DNA of 64,000 bases from an uncultured Deferribacteraceae bacterium (GCA_947313825.1 CAMZNJ010000055.1:480-64479), one strand, 5' to 3'; counted from the stretch's first letter, positions 1 through 9,047 are shown. A program made the numbers and translations. The notes: a model not told the origin generated them from the sequence alone.

Positions 1-744
1 AAATAGTTTTGCTTGCTGAGTATGCTTGTCCTCCGCTTCGTTGTAGGATTCCTTCACAAGGTAATCGTACGATTCGTACGAATCGGTCAAATGGGCACCG
101 TCAACACTCAAGGCAGTGTTCGGTATGGCACCAAGGGTCTCAGCAAGAAACGTGCGGAACTCGCGAGGGTACGACCCCACAAGAACACCAACCGAACCCG
201 CCCCTTTAATGTGGGATGCGTGGTAGGTGTGAATATCTTCCATCGTGAGGGAACTAACACTGCTCGCTGTGCCAATGGTGGTAAGGGAGTACGGCGTACC
301 TGCATAGGTAAAAGATCGGAACAACCGACCAGCACGATACCGCGGAGAGTCCTCTGCACCCTGAATATCCAATACTGACAAGGCTTTTTCCGTTTCAAAA
401 ATATGGGGGTGGAGGGTTGGCTCAAGTAGAAACGCCTCCAAATCGATTTGGATGGCTGACAGGTGGTGGGATGGGATGGATATCCACACCGAAAGGTAAT
501 CGGCACTAACGGAAACATCTAGGGAGCCGCCACAGTGCTCAATTGTGTGCAGGAGGTTGCTACTCTTTGTCCACACCGAGGCAAACAGGGAGCCGACACC
601 GTTAATATTTTTCGATCTGCCCTGCCCGTACTCTGCCGTAAGCCCCCCAGAAAACAGAATAACTAAGCTGACTAACGAGCTATTCCCATACCCACCATCA
701 TCGCTACCGTAAGCATAAAAATTTAGCCCATTGTTTAAAATCAC
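1..744 (-). CDS. M16 (pitrilysin/insulinase) family protein, N-terminal ~245 aa only (gene runs off window start); zinc-binding HxxEH motif replaced, probably a non-catalytic M16 partner subunit
   Basis: A minus-strand frame absent from the ORF track (it has no in-window stop) is open from position 753 to the window edge. Its translation is GGSVILNNGLNFYAY...GVGSLFASVWTKSSNLLHTIEHCGGSLDVSVSADYLSVW...RYRAGRLFRSFTYAGTPY...MEDIHTYHASHIKGAGSVGVLVGSY. This fits the M16 N-domain consensus (NGL, EHxxGGxxNAxT.D.T.Y, R-Y pair, FHxxxYxPxNxxLxVVG). The position of GxAHfLEHmxFKG reads GVGSLFASVWTKS, so the ligands H,E,H are replaced by S,A,S. The probable start is GTG at 744. Confidence 0.55.
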   Translation of the reverse strand, partial: MILNNGLNFYAYGSDDGGYGNSSLVSLVILFSGGLTAEYGQGRSKNINGVGSLFASVWTKSSNLLHTIEHCGGSLDVSVSADYLSVWISIPSHHLSAIQIDLEAFLLEPTLHPHIFETEKALSVLDIQGAEDSPRYRAGRLFRSFTYAGTPYSLTTIGTASSVSSLTMEDIHTYHASHIKGAGSVGVLVGSYPREFRTFLAETLGAIPNTALSVDGAHLTDSYESYDYLVKESYNEAEDKHTQQAKLF

Positions 745-780
745 AGATCCACCTCAGTACTTTTGTTTACTGTATTAATT

Positions 781-913
781 CGTGTTGTCGGCGTTGCGTT
801 GCGTCGTTGTCGGCGTTGCGTTACGTTGCGTTACGTTGTTGCGTTGCGTTACGTTGTTGCGTTGCGTTGCGTTGTTGCGTTGTTGCGTTGCGTTGCGTTG
901 CGTTACGTCGTCG
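781..913. repeat. Degenerate tandem repeat (GTTGCGTT/GTTACGTT units, ~16 copies) immediately downstream of the stop of the REC-repeat gene
   Basis: Direct reading of the plus strand shows cgttgcgttacgttgcgttacgttgttgcgttgcgtt... The minus (transcribed) strand reads AACGCAAC-rich. Plus-strand ORF 782..1069 lies inside it and is taken as spurious. Confidence 0.85.
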
Positions 914-3619
914 TTAGCGTCCGGTTTCCATGAGCCTGCGAATCTCCTCACGAACAACTTTTTCTATCACAGTTTTTATGGATTCGTTAATGCCACCCTC
1001 CATGTACTGCTCCACCGCTTGCCCAACAAGGGCTTCCAACGCCTCTTGGTGCGGGGCATCTTGGTGTGAAACACCTTGGTGTGAAGCACCTTGGTGTGGG
1101 GCATCTTGGTGTGAAACACCTTGGTGTGAAGCACCTTGGTGCGGGGCATCTTGGTGTGAAACATCTTGGTGTGAAACACCTTGGTGTGAAGCACCTTGGT
1201 GTGGGGCATCTTGGTGCGGGGCATCTTGGTGCGGGGCATCTTGGTGCGGGGCATCTTGGTGTGAAGCACCTTGGTGCGGGGCACCTTGGGGAGTGCTCGG
1301 CAGTAGGTGTGCATCAAGTCCAGTTTTGGCGATGGTTCCGTCAAGGAGCTCCGTTTCGGCATCCACAGTCGCTGACCTGCTGTCTGCTTCCAACATACCC
1401 CTCAAGTTATCAATGGCGTCCATCTCTTGGGCACTGTGTGGCTCTGCATATTCGCTGATCGACTCACCAAAGACAAGGTCTTCGTCCATGCTGAGCCCAC
1501 CTCCAAGTATATCATCAGTAACATTTCCGTGCAAATCTTGTGGCATGGCGTCCACGTTGTTCATTGCGTCCACGTTGCTCATGGCGTCCACGTTGTTCAT
1601 GGCGTCCACGTTGCTCATTGCGTCCACGTTGTTCATGGCGTCCACGTTCCCCATAACTTCAGCGGGGAGGTTAGGGCTTGCAGGTGCAACACGGGGTGGT
1701 ATTTCGTTTGTAACAGCTGTGCCATCCAAGGTAAACGGTATTTCCATGAGCAATGCCTCTGCACTGAATTTTTCTTCATCCCCTTCCGTGCCAGTTTCGA
1801 GGGGGTATTTTGCGTTCTGTGCGGGTTGTTCGCCCGTCATTGCATACTCTGTGTTGTTCATATCGGCGTATCCTCCGCCAGAGTCGAGGCTTACTGTTTT
1901 CCCGCCGTCCTGCAGTAGGCTGTCGCCGAGCCCTTCCTCTAGCAGGTTGTCCACCAAGATGTCGAAATCCTTGGCGAATACTCCCGTTTGTTCCTGAGTG
2001 GTGTTTTCAAGTGGATCTTTTTCCTGCTGTGTGGTGGATGAGCCTATTAGTTGTTCAAGCTCGCGTATATCTGCATCTATGGCGTTCATGTCGGATGTAT
2101 CCACTGAGGTGTCATCTGCCTTCGTGGTTTTTTGATCATTGTTGTTGTCAACAATATCGGTTGTTAGTGCACTGTAGAACTCTTCCATATCGTCGCCCAT
2201 ATCGTCGTCCATATTGTCTATGTCGAAGTTCATGTGTGTATCATGTACGGAAGGTGTATCGTCGAGTTCGTCGCCCCCTATGGGTTCAACTCCCCCTCCC
2301 GGCGAAACCCTGTCACGTAGAAACGTCGAGTACCGATAATCTTCTTTCATGAGGTTGTCGAGTATTGATGTTTGGTTGTATTCAGGTGTTTTCAGGTCAT
2401 CGGGGTCGTTGTCGAAATCCGCAACGTCAGCGTCAGCAACGTCAGCGTCAGCAACGCCGGCATCAGCAACAAATCCAACAAAGCCAGTACCAACGCCGAA
2501 GTCAGCAGCGTCAGCATCCGCACCGAAGCCAGCAACGTCGACAACGTCGTCATCCGCACCAAGGTCAGCAACGTCAGCACCAGCACCGAAGCCAGCAACG
2601 CCAGCAACGTCGGCACCAGCAACGCCAGCAACGCCAGCAACGTCGGCATCCGCACCAGCACCAAGGTCAGCAACACCAGCGTTAACGCCAGTACCTCCCA
2701 CACTTTCCACCGGCTCGAGCTCTGCATGTTTCTTTATGTGTGCCAGCTCTTCATCGGTAAACATACCTTTGAGCATTGCGTCAAGCTGTTGCGAGTTGGT
2801 CTGCTCGGTGCCTTGGGGAGCACCACCAGCACCAGCACCAGCACCATCGGAGCCACCTACCATGCTTGACACCTCTTCCACACCGTCCGCACTTCCTAAG
2901 TTGTTACTTGCTTTTTTATTCTTTTTCCTAAACAACATACCTTGCTCCTCAGCCATCTCTTTGATATCATCGGGCATACTAGTGTTTTTATTCGATATAT
3001 CTGCACTGCCCCTGTGTTTATTGATACTGTTTTCGTTACGATTATTCGTGGTGTTATGATTATTCGTGGTGTTATGATTATTCGTGGTGTTATGATTATT
3101 CGTGGTGTTATGATTATTCGTGCCATACTCCATTGCAAACACGTCGGGCAGTCCGTCCAAGCCTTCGTACCCTTCCACAACGTCCAGTCTTTCGTCTGTT
3201 TTTGTATTAGCGTCAGTGTTGTGGTTTATCATCACAGAGGCATGATAGTTTATTTCGTCCTCGAGTTGTTTTTCGGTAAGTGGTTTTGCTAAAATACGGT
3301 ATCTGTGTGCAGGGATGTTGTGTTGTTTGAGGTGTTTTTTGATGTGTTCGTCGTCTCCAAAAAGCACAACACTTGTTTGTTTTGGAACAATGTGTTCTAG
3401 TTGGTGCAATGCTTGACTGAGTACAACACCTTCAATATTGGCATCCAGTATGATAATATTGGGCTCAGAGTTCTTTAATGCAACGGTTAAGTCCTCTATG
3501 GCGAAAAATTTCTTCAACGCAACAGACGCCATCCCATCGCAAATACTTGCAATGCTTTTGTGTACTGCCAAGCTATCATCAACAAGAAAAATTCGCGTAA
3601 CGTCTACTGCTGTGTTCAT
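914..3619 (-). CDS. CheY-like receiver (REC) domain protein with a ~700-aa acidic, multi-array tandem-repeat low-complexity region and a short conserved C-terminal helix
   Basis: The ORF is 901 aa. The N-terminal 125 aa carry REC hallmarks: LVDDS acidic pair, IIILDAN phospho-acceptor Asp, TSVVLFG, ILAKP Lys. In-frame repeat arrays follow: NNHNTT x6, GAGAGAGG, VAGVAG/ADVAD, NVDAM[NS] x6, and the pentapeptide HQ[DG][AV][PS] about 17 times. The C-terminus is LEALVGQAVEQYMEGGINESIKTVIEKVVREEIRRLMETGR. The many plus-strand ORFs inside this gene (930..1997, 1066..1458, 2349..3059 and others) are repeat artefacts. Confidence 0.75.
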   Translation of the reverse strand: MNTAVDVTRIFLVDDSLAVHKSIASICDGMASVALKKFFAIEDLTVALKNSEPNIIILDANIEGVVLSQALHQLEHIVPKQTSVVLFGDDEHIKKHLKQHNIPAHRYRILAKPLTEKQLEDEINYHASVMINHNTDANTKTDERLDVVEGYEGLDGLPDVFAMEYGTNNHNTTNNHNTTNNHNTTNNHNTTNNRNENSINKHRGSADISNKNTSMPDDIKEMAEEQGMLFRKKNKKASNNLGSADGVEEVSSMVGGSDGAGAGAGGAPQGTEQTNSQQLDAMLKGMFTDEELAHIKKHAELEPVESVGGTGVNAGVADLGAGADADVAGVAGVAGADVAGVAGFGAGADVADLGADDDVVDVAGFGADADAADFGVGTGFVGFVADAGVADADVADADVADFDNDPDDLKTPEYNQTSILDNLMKEDYRYSTFLRDRVSPGGGVEPIGGDELDDTPSVHDTHMNFDIDNMDDDMGDDMEEFYSALTTDIVDNNNDQKTTKADDTSVDTSDMNAIDADIRELEQLIGSSTTQQEKDPLENTTQEQTGVFAKDFDILVDNLLEEGLGDSLLQDGGKTVSLDSGGGYADMNNTEYAMTGEQPAQNAKYPLETGTEGDEEKFSAEALLMEIPFTLDGTAVTNEIPPRVAPASPNLPAEVMGNVDAMNNVDAMSNVDAMNNVDAMSNVDAMNNVDAMPQDLHGNVTDDILGGGLSMDEDLVFGESISEYAEPHSAQEMDAIDNLRGMLEADSRSATVDAETELLDGTIAKTGLDAHLLPSTPQGAPHQGASHQDAPHQDAPHQDAPHQDAPHQGASHQGVSHQDVSHQDAPHQGASHQGVSHQDAPHQGASHQGVSHQDAPHQEALEALVGQAVEQYMEGGINESIKTVIEKVVREEIRRLMETGR

Positions 3620-3717
3620 ACTTTAAACTTCCCTTGTAAAATAATGACCTCGTAAACACACATTATCAATACAGATTATTGCAAAAAAAAACAAATATTG
3701 CAAACAATTAACAAATT

Positions 3718-4212
3718 TTAATCCTTACTGTACTTACGTGGTATCTTCTCAAAATACCGCTTCACAACATCGGGGGCAAATGGGGATACGTCGCCACCGT
3801 TTATGTGAATGTCTCGCACAGCACTGGAGCTAGTGGTAAGGTGTAGTGCATCGGGCATGAGGAAAACAGTTTCGTACAGGGCATACATCTGCCTATTGAT
3901 GAACGTCATGCTGTACTCCATGTCGTAATCGGTGAGAACCCTGATACCACGTACAACGGTGGTGTAGCCGTTCCCCTTGAGGTAATCAACTAGCAACCCC
4001 CCAAAAGGCTCCACCGTTACACCCGACATATGCGAGGTGCACTCCTTTGCCATGGCAACACGATCATCCAACGTAAACATGGTGCTCTTCGACGGATTAT
4101 CGGAAATAGCCAAAACAACAGAGCCAAACAATCTTGTAGCACGATTTAATATATTCACATGACCATAGGTGATGGGGTCAAATGTTCCTGGGTATACAAC
4201 AGGATTAGTCAT
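3718..4212 (-). CDS. coaD: Phosphopantetheine adenylyltransferase
   Basis: MTNPVVYPGTFDPITYGHVNIL... carries the T/HxGH nucleotidyltransferase motif typical of CoaD. The ATG is chosen at the 9th codon of the listed ORF. The conserved rsmD-coaD adjacency is present. Confidence 0.85.
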   Translation of the reverse strand: MTNPVVYPGTFDPITYGHVNILNRATRLFGSVVLAISDNPSKSTMFTLDDRVAMAKECTSHMSGVTVEPFGGLLVDYLKGNGYTTVVRGIRVLTDYDMEYSMTFINRQMYALYETVFLMPDALHLTTSSSAVRDIHINGGDVSPFAPDVVKRYFEKIPRKYSKD

Positions 4213-4843
4213 CACGTGCCTCCTCAAAACAAACAAAACGAACTACAGTGTCCCCATACTTACGCTCCTTCAACACCTCAAACCCTGCAGGAACAGTGAA
4301 AGAACTGCGTGAAGACTCCTCGTAAACAACAACTCCATCGGGGGAAAGCAAACCATAACGCTGAACAATACTAAACACATCCTCAGACGTATATTCGCCG
4401 TAAGGGGGATCAACAAAAATAATGTCGTAAACACTGCCAGCGTTGCGTAAACGTGAATCAGCAAACCGACGCAAAGTAAATACATCGCCCTGAACAACAC
4501 TCACCGAACCGAAAGGCAACGCACTACCCATCTTCGAAATGTTACGCTCAACCAATGAAGTATTCGTGTCAACAAAAACAACACTCTTCGCACCACGACT
4601 AACACTCTCCAAACCCAAAGAACCAGAACCAGCAAACAGATCCAAAACCCTAGCACCATGAATATCATGATAAAGCATGGAAAAAATCGCAAGACGAACC
4701 TTATCTGTAGTGGGGCGTACAACTCTGCTGTTCTTCGACCCACTCGGATGCAAATCTATGGTACGACCCTTCAAAATTCCTGATGTAATCCGCAAAACTA
4801 TCTCCTTCGAAAGACTTGTGCAACCTCTCGCAAATAACCTCAT
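4205..4843 (-). CDS. rsmD: 16S rRNA (guanine966-N2)-methyltransferase RsmD
   Basis: Motifs RPTTDKVRLAIFSML, DLFAGSGSLGLE and DPPY are present. The start is uncertain (M7 of the listed ORF chosen). The N-terminal region overlaps the radical-SAM ORF in another frame. Confidence 0.8.
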   Translation of the reverse strand: MRLFARGCTSLSKEIVLRITSGILKGRTIDLHPSGSKNSRVVRPTTDKVRLAIFSMLYHDIHGARVLDLFAGSGSLGLESVSRGAKSVVFVDTNTSLVERNISKMGSALPFGSVSVVQGDVFTLRRFADSRLRNAGSVYDIIFVDPPYGEYTSEDVFSIVQRYGLLSPDGVVVYEESSRSSFTVPAGFEVLKERKYGDTVVRFVCFEEARDD

Positions 4844-5903
4844 AACTAATTCGTGCCTCATCGGAACCGAAACTTAACTCGGTACCCGATACAGCATTAA
4901 AACGTCCATAACCCAAAACCTGACCCTTATCCAAATGAGAAAAACGACTAACACCAACAACATTAATATAAAGACACATAACAACCGTTTTTACAATATC
5001 ACCAAAACTCGAATGCTCAAAACCAGCAACAATACTAGAATCAGCATCGCCAATGGGAGGAAGACCCATGCGTATAACAGAGACTCCCTTCGCAAGACTC
5101 AAAATATAACCGTAAACACAAAGACGAACCGCACGAGAAAAATCAATGGGCTCATAACCACCGCTACGATAAACATCCGCAAGACCTGTGCCATCCAAAA
5201 CAACACAAGGGTAAAAACGTATGGTGGAAACAATATTATCTGAAGGAACCAAACCACCGCAAGCCTCGCCATTAACACTCAAAAGACGACGCAAACCGCT
5301 GTAATACTCAATATCCGACTCGCCGTAAATACCAGGCATAATCTGAACACCAGCGGACAACGTAACCGTACCCCCTAACCCCAACACTGACAAACGGGCA
5401 AGACGCAATCTCTCCAACGACTCAAAAACACCGTTCGGATTGTAAGGACGCTCATTCAACACCAATGCTCGCTGAGTCAAACTCTGAACACCTATCTCAA
5501 CCAAATCAACACCGTAATCAGAAACATACTGACACATGTAGTCCAAAGGCTCCTTCGTAATGCAGTCCGGACGAGTGGAAAACCTAATACGAGTAAAACC
5601 ATAACTTTTTGCAAGATCCATTAACTCACCACGAAATTTACGAGGAATACAAGAAAAACTACCACCGTAAAAAGCAAGATGAGTGTAATCAGAAGAGTAC
5701 GACAGATACTCCTCAATCTGAGTGCGACAGTAATCAACCGAAAGAGTAGATTTCACGCCGGTGATAGTCGACTGCTGACAATACAAACAGTGGTGAGGAC
5801 AACCAGCAAATGGCAAAAATACCGGCAAAACTTTAGGCTTAACAGGAAAAGAAAGTGGCGAAAAAGATGTGCTAGATGTGCTGTGCTCAGATTTATCAAG
5901 CAT
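4701..5903 (-). CDS. Radical SAM protein (CX3CX2C; ELP3/HemN-like core), function not assigned
   Basis: The sequence FLPFAGCPHHCLYCQQ is a canonical radical-SAM cysteine triad. The ORF is 400 aa. Its 3' ~140 nt overlaps rsmD in a different frame. Confidence 0.65.
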   Translation of the reverse strand: MLDKSEHSTSSTSFSPLSFPVKPKVLPVFLPFAGCPHHCLYCQQSTITGVKSTLSVDYCRTQIEEYLSYSSDYTHLAFYGGSFSCIPRKFRGELMDLAKSYGFTRIRFSTRPDCITKEPLDYMCQYVSDYGVDLVEIGVQSLTQRALVLNERPYNPNGVFESLERLRLARLSVLGLGGTVTLSAGVQIMPGIYGESDIEYYSGLRRLLSVNGEACGGLVPSDNIVSTIRFYPCVVLDGTGLADVYRSGGYEPIDFSRAVRLCVYGYILSLAKGVSVIRMGLPPIGDADSSIVAGFEHSSFGDIVKTVVMCLYINVVGVSRFSHLDKGQVLGYGRFNAVSGTELSFGSDEARISYEVICERLHKSFEGDSFADYIRNFEGSYHRFASEWVEEQQSCTPHYR

Positions 5904-5906
5904 ATG

Positions 5907-6644
5907 CTAACCACCTCGACGAGGCTTTTTACGGCTTTTAAGAGAACTCGACGAAACGGGGATGATACCCATATCAATACCCATACCCATGGACTGCAAG
6001 GCAGACAAAGCAGCATCCTGCTCAGAACGCTTGATGGAACTACCCTTACCACGGGAAACAACCTCGCCACCCACCGAAAGAGACGACTCAAAAACACAAG
6101 CATGATCAGGACCACGACGACTAATCAACTTGTACTCAGGAAGCCGGGAATACTCCTTCAAAGAGTACTCCTGAACACTCTTTTTATAATCATAAGACGA
6201 ATGACTCTCAAAATCAACAAGAAGACGCGTGCCAAAGTGGGTGCAAAAAAGCTTCTTCGTGGTGGCAAAAGAGGAATCCTGCAAAACAGCACCAAACACA
6301 GCCTCAAACGTATTCGAAACTATGCGACTGTTTACATTGTTGCGTGAATGGTGTTTCTTGGGAAGGCTGGTGAGCAAAAACTCCGACAACCGTAACTCAG
6401 AACCCAATATCTGAAAATAGTCGCGACTCACAAAATACGATCGCTTTTGGGTCATAGCCCCTTCATCTAGGCTGTAGTGGTTGTAAATGAGGGTGGTGAT
6501 GATTAACTGCAAAACAGAATCACCCAAAAACTCTAAACGCTCGTTGTGGGGAAGACCTTTGTCGAGTGCAAAACTCTTGTGGGTAAGGGCCTCCAAAAGG
6601 AGACCCTTGTTTTTAAACCGATACCGAAGGAGAGACTCAAACAT
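5907..6644 (-). CDS. rnc: Ribonuclease III
   Basis: The ERLEFLGDSVLQL RNase III signature and a C-terminal dsRBD are present. The start is taken at MFESLLRYRFKNKGLLLEALTHKSF (M25 of the listed ORF) to avoid overlap with fabF. The gene sits downstream of acpP-fabF. Confidence 0.85.
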   Translation of the reverse strand: MFESLLRYRFKNKGLLLEALTHKSFALDKGLPHNERLEFLGDSVLQLIITTLIYNHYSLDEGAMTQKRSYFVSRDYFQILGSELRLSEFLLTSLPKKHHSRNNVNSRIVSNTFEAVFGAVLQDSSFATTKKLFCTHFGTRLLVDFESHSSYDYKKSVQEYSLKEYSRLPEYKLISRRGPDHACVFESSLSVGGEVVSRGKGSSIKRSEQDAALSALQSMGMGIDMGIIPVSSSSLKSRKKPRRGG

Positions 6645-6669
6645 GGAAATATGAGCCTGATACTCCTTA

Positions 6670-7914
6670 CTAACCTTCGTATTTTTTGACAATAAGTACA
6701 GAGTTTGTACCCCCAAATCCCAAGGAATTGCTCAAAGCATAACGAACTTCACGCTCAACACCTTTATTTGGTGTGTAGTTCAAATCGCACTCAGGGTCGG
6801 GTGTGTCCAAGTTGATTGTTGGCGGCACGAAATTGTCCCTTGTTGCAAAAGCGGAAAAGGCACACTCAACGCCTCCAGCAGCACCAAGCATGTGTCCAAC
6901 CATGGATTTGGTTGAGCTAATATTTAGCTTGTAAGCATGATCCCCGAACACAGCCTTGATAGCCTTGGTTTCGATGGAGTCGTTGTACTTTGTTGAAGTA
7001 CCGTGGGCGTTGATGTAGTCGATGTCAGTGGGTTCGATTCCGGCATCATCCAAGGCAAGCTTGATACAACGTATGGCACCGTCCCCATTTTCGTCTGGTG
7101 CTGTGATGTGGTAGGCATCGGATGTGGCAGCGTAACCAACTATTTCTGCAATAATGTTGGCACCACGAGCTTTCGCATGGTCGTACGATTCGAGAACAAG
7201 AACACCTGCTCCTTCACCCATAACGAACCCGTCGCGATCTTTGTCAAACGGACGACTAGCCCTAGTTGGCTCATCGTTGTACCCGCGGGAGAGTGCTTTC
7301 AAGGACGCAAAACCAGCAATACCAACGGCACAAACGCTCGATTCTGATCCACCAGCAAGCATAACATCTGCTGTACCGTATTGAATCATCCTAGTTGCTT
7401 CGCCGATGGAGTGGGCACCGCTAGCACACGCACTGACAATGGAGAAGTTGGGACCTTTGAACCCGTATTTTATGGAAACATTGCCACTTGCCATGTTAAT
7501 GATTGCACCGGGTATGAAAAAGGGTGTTACTTTAAAAGTATGATCACGAATAACCTTACTAATGTTGGGCTCCATAAACTGAAGACCACCGATACCAGAG
7601 CCGACTAGCACACCGACACGATAGGGGTCGTATGTGCCTTCAACAAGGTTGGCATCTTTTATGGCAAGCCCTGAGGCAGCCACGGAATAATTAACAAAAC
7701 CATCAAAACGCTTTAATTCTTTTGGGTCAACAAGACCGCTCTCTTCAAAGCCGCGTACTTCAGCGGCAACACGTACAGGGGATTCGCTAGCGTCGAAGTT
7801 GCTTATTTCACTAAGCCCCGACTTCCCTGCTTTAATATTTTCCCATGTTGTTTCAGTATCTAATCCCAAAGGAGTTACTAGACCTATGCCAGTAATTACA
7901 ACCCTTTTTTTCAT
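6670..7914 (-). CDS. fabF: 3-oxoacyl-ACP synthase II
   Basis: MKKRVVITGIGLVTPLG... with active-site region SACASG and HGTSTKYND/GHMLGAAG motifs. Confidence 0.9.
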   Translation of the reverse strand: MKKRVVITGIGLVTPLGLDTETTWENIKAGKSGLSEISNFDASESPVRVAAEVRGFEESGLVDPKELKRFDGFVNYSVAASGLAIKDANLVEGTYDPYRVGVLVGSGIGGLQFMEPNISKVIRDHTFKVTPFFIPGAIINMASGNVSIKYGFKGPNFSIVSACASGAHSIGEATRMIQYGTADVMLAGGSESSVCAVGIAGFASLKALSRGYNDEPTRASRPFDKDRDGFVMGEGAGVLVLESYDHAKARGANIIAEIVGYAATSDAYHITAPDENGDGAIRCIKLALDDAGIEPTDIDYINAHGTSTKYNDSIETKAIKAVFGDHAYKLNISSTKSMVGHMLGAAGGVECAFSAFATRDNFVPPTINLDTPDPECDLNYTPNKGVEREVRYALSNSLGFGGTNSVLIVKKYEG

Positions 7915-8008
7915 TACGACAAACCTCCGCAATACTTTCAACAGCACACAGAGCACTGGAAATAATATCCACAGTGCCCATATGTGCTGCTAAAATATTG
8001 TATGAAAA

Positions 8009-8242
8009 CTACGATTGTGTAGATTCTATGTATTTAATAACGTCAGCAACAGTTTTGATGTTTGCAAGGTTTTCGTCGTCAACGTCGATACCAAACTCAT
8101 CTTCAAAACTCATCATAATCTCTGTAACGTCCAAAGAATCGGCACCAAGGTCGTCCAAAAGGGATGACTCAGGTTTAACCTTTGCTTCGTCAAGATTTAG
8201 TTGTTTCGCGATTACTTCTCTTACTTTACTTTCAATAGACAT
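8009..8242 (-). CDS. acpP: Acyl carrier protein
   Basis: A 77-aa protein with the DLGADSLD phosphopantetheine attachment motif. Confidence 0.9.
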   Translation of the reverse strand: MSIESKVREVIAKQLNLDEAKVKPESSLLDDLGADSLDVTEIMMSFEDEFGIDVDDENLANIKTVADVIKYIESTQS

Positions 8243-8294
8243 TTTATGCCTCCTTCCTTTGTAATATGGAACTTTACTTTACTTTACAATAACA

Positions 8295-9047
8295 TTAAGA
8301 CATTAGCAAGCCACCATTTACGTGAACTGTTTCCCCAGTTACGTAAGAGGCAAGTGGTGAAGCCAAAAACAGTACCGCATTGGCAATATCGTCGGGAGAG
8401 CCCATGGAGCCCAAGGGGATTTGCGATACAAGCTTCTCTTTTATGGTGTCGCTGAGGTCGTTGGTCATATCGCTAGCGATAAATCCGGGGGCAACAGCGT
8501 TTACACGTATGCCACGTTTGGCATATTCGTGTGCTAATGATTTCGTCAAACCGATAATACCGGCTTTAGCTGAGCAGTAGTTTGCTTGACCAGCGTTGCC
8601 GGTAAACCCCACAACGGATGAAATATTGATAATACTACCACTACGAGCACGCATCATGGTTTTGATGGCGTACTTGCTACATAAAAACGCTCCGGCAAGA
8701 TTAACATCAAGCACAGATTTGTAGTCCTCAAGGGACATGCGATTTACAAGCATATCTTTCGTAATACCTGCGTTATTAACGAGGATATCCGCCGATTTGC
8801 CAAACTCCTCTGCAACAGCCTCGAACATACTCGAAACCGAAGACTCATCGGAAACGTCGCACTGTACAACAAAAGCACGACGACCAAGAGCTCGCACTGA
8901 ATTAGCAACTTCCTCCGCCTTCCCTGAGGATGCTGTGTAGTTGACCACAACATCGGCACCTGCATGAGCCAACTTCAAGGCAATGGATGCACCGATACCA
9001 CGGGAGCCACCTGTTACGATGGCAAGTTTATCTGATAAGTTCAACAT
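8295..9047 (-). CDS. fabG: 3-oxoacyl-ACP reductase
   Basis: An SDR with TGGSRGIG cofactor motif and YCSAKAG active site. Confidence 0.9.
   Translation of the reverse strand: MLNLSDKLAIVTGGSRGIGASIALKLAHAGADVVVNYTASSGKAEEVANSVRALGRRAFVVQCDVSDESSVSSMFEAVAEEFGKSADILVNNAGITKDMLVNRMSLEDYKSVLDVNLAGAFLCSKYAIKTMMRARSGSIINISSVVGFTGNAGQANYCSAKAGIIGLTKSLAHEYAKRGIRVNAVAPGFIASDMTNDLSDTIKEKLVSQIPLGSMGSPDDIANAVLFLASPLASYVTGETVHVNGGLLMS

Noticed and set aside
13-518. Listed ORFs 13..378 (plus) and 108..518 (minus) at the window start
   Set aside because: Neither has any recognisable motif. A different minus-strand frame spanning 1..744 gives a clean M16-family alignment and is open to the window edge, so it is the real gene.
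930-3292. Plus-strand ORFs inside the REC-repeat gene (930..1997, 1066..1458, 1427..1918, 1810..2352, 2349..3059, 2365..2685, 2942..3292) and minus-strand 976..1362, 2392..2727, 2896..3180
   Set aside because: All are low-complexity translations of the repeat arrays on the wrong strand or frame. The minus-strand 914..3619 frame is the only one with a recognisable domain (REC) and a sensible start.
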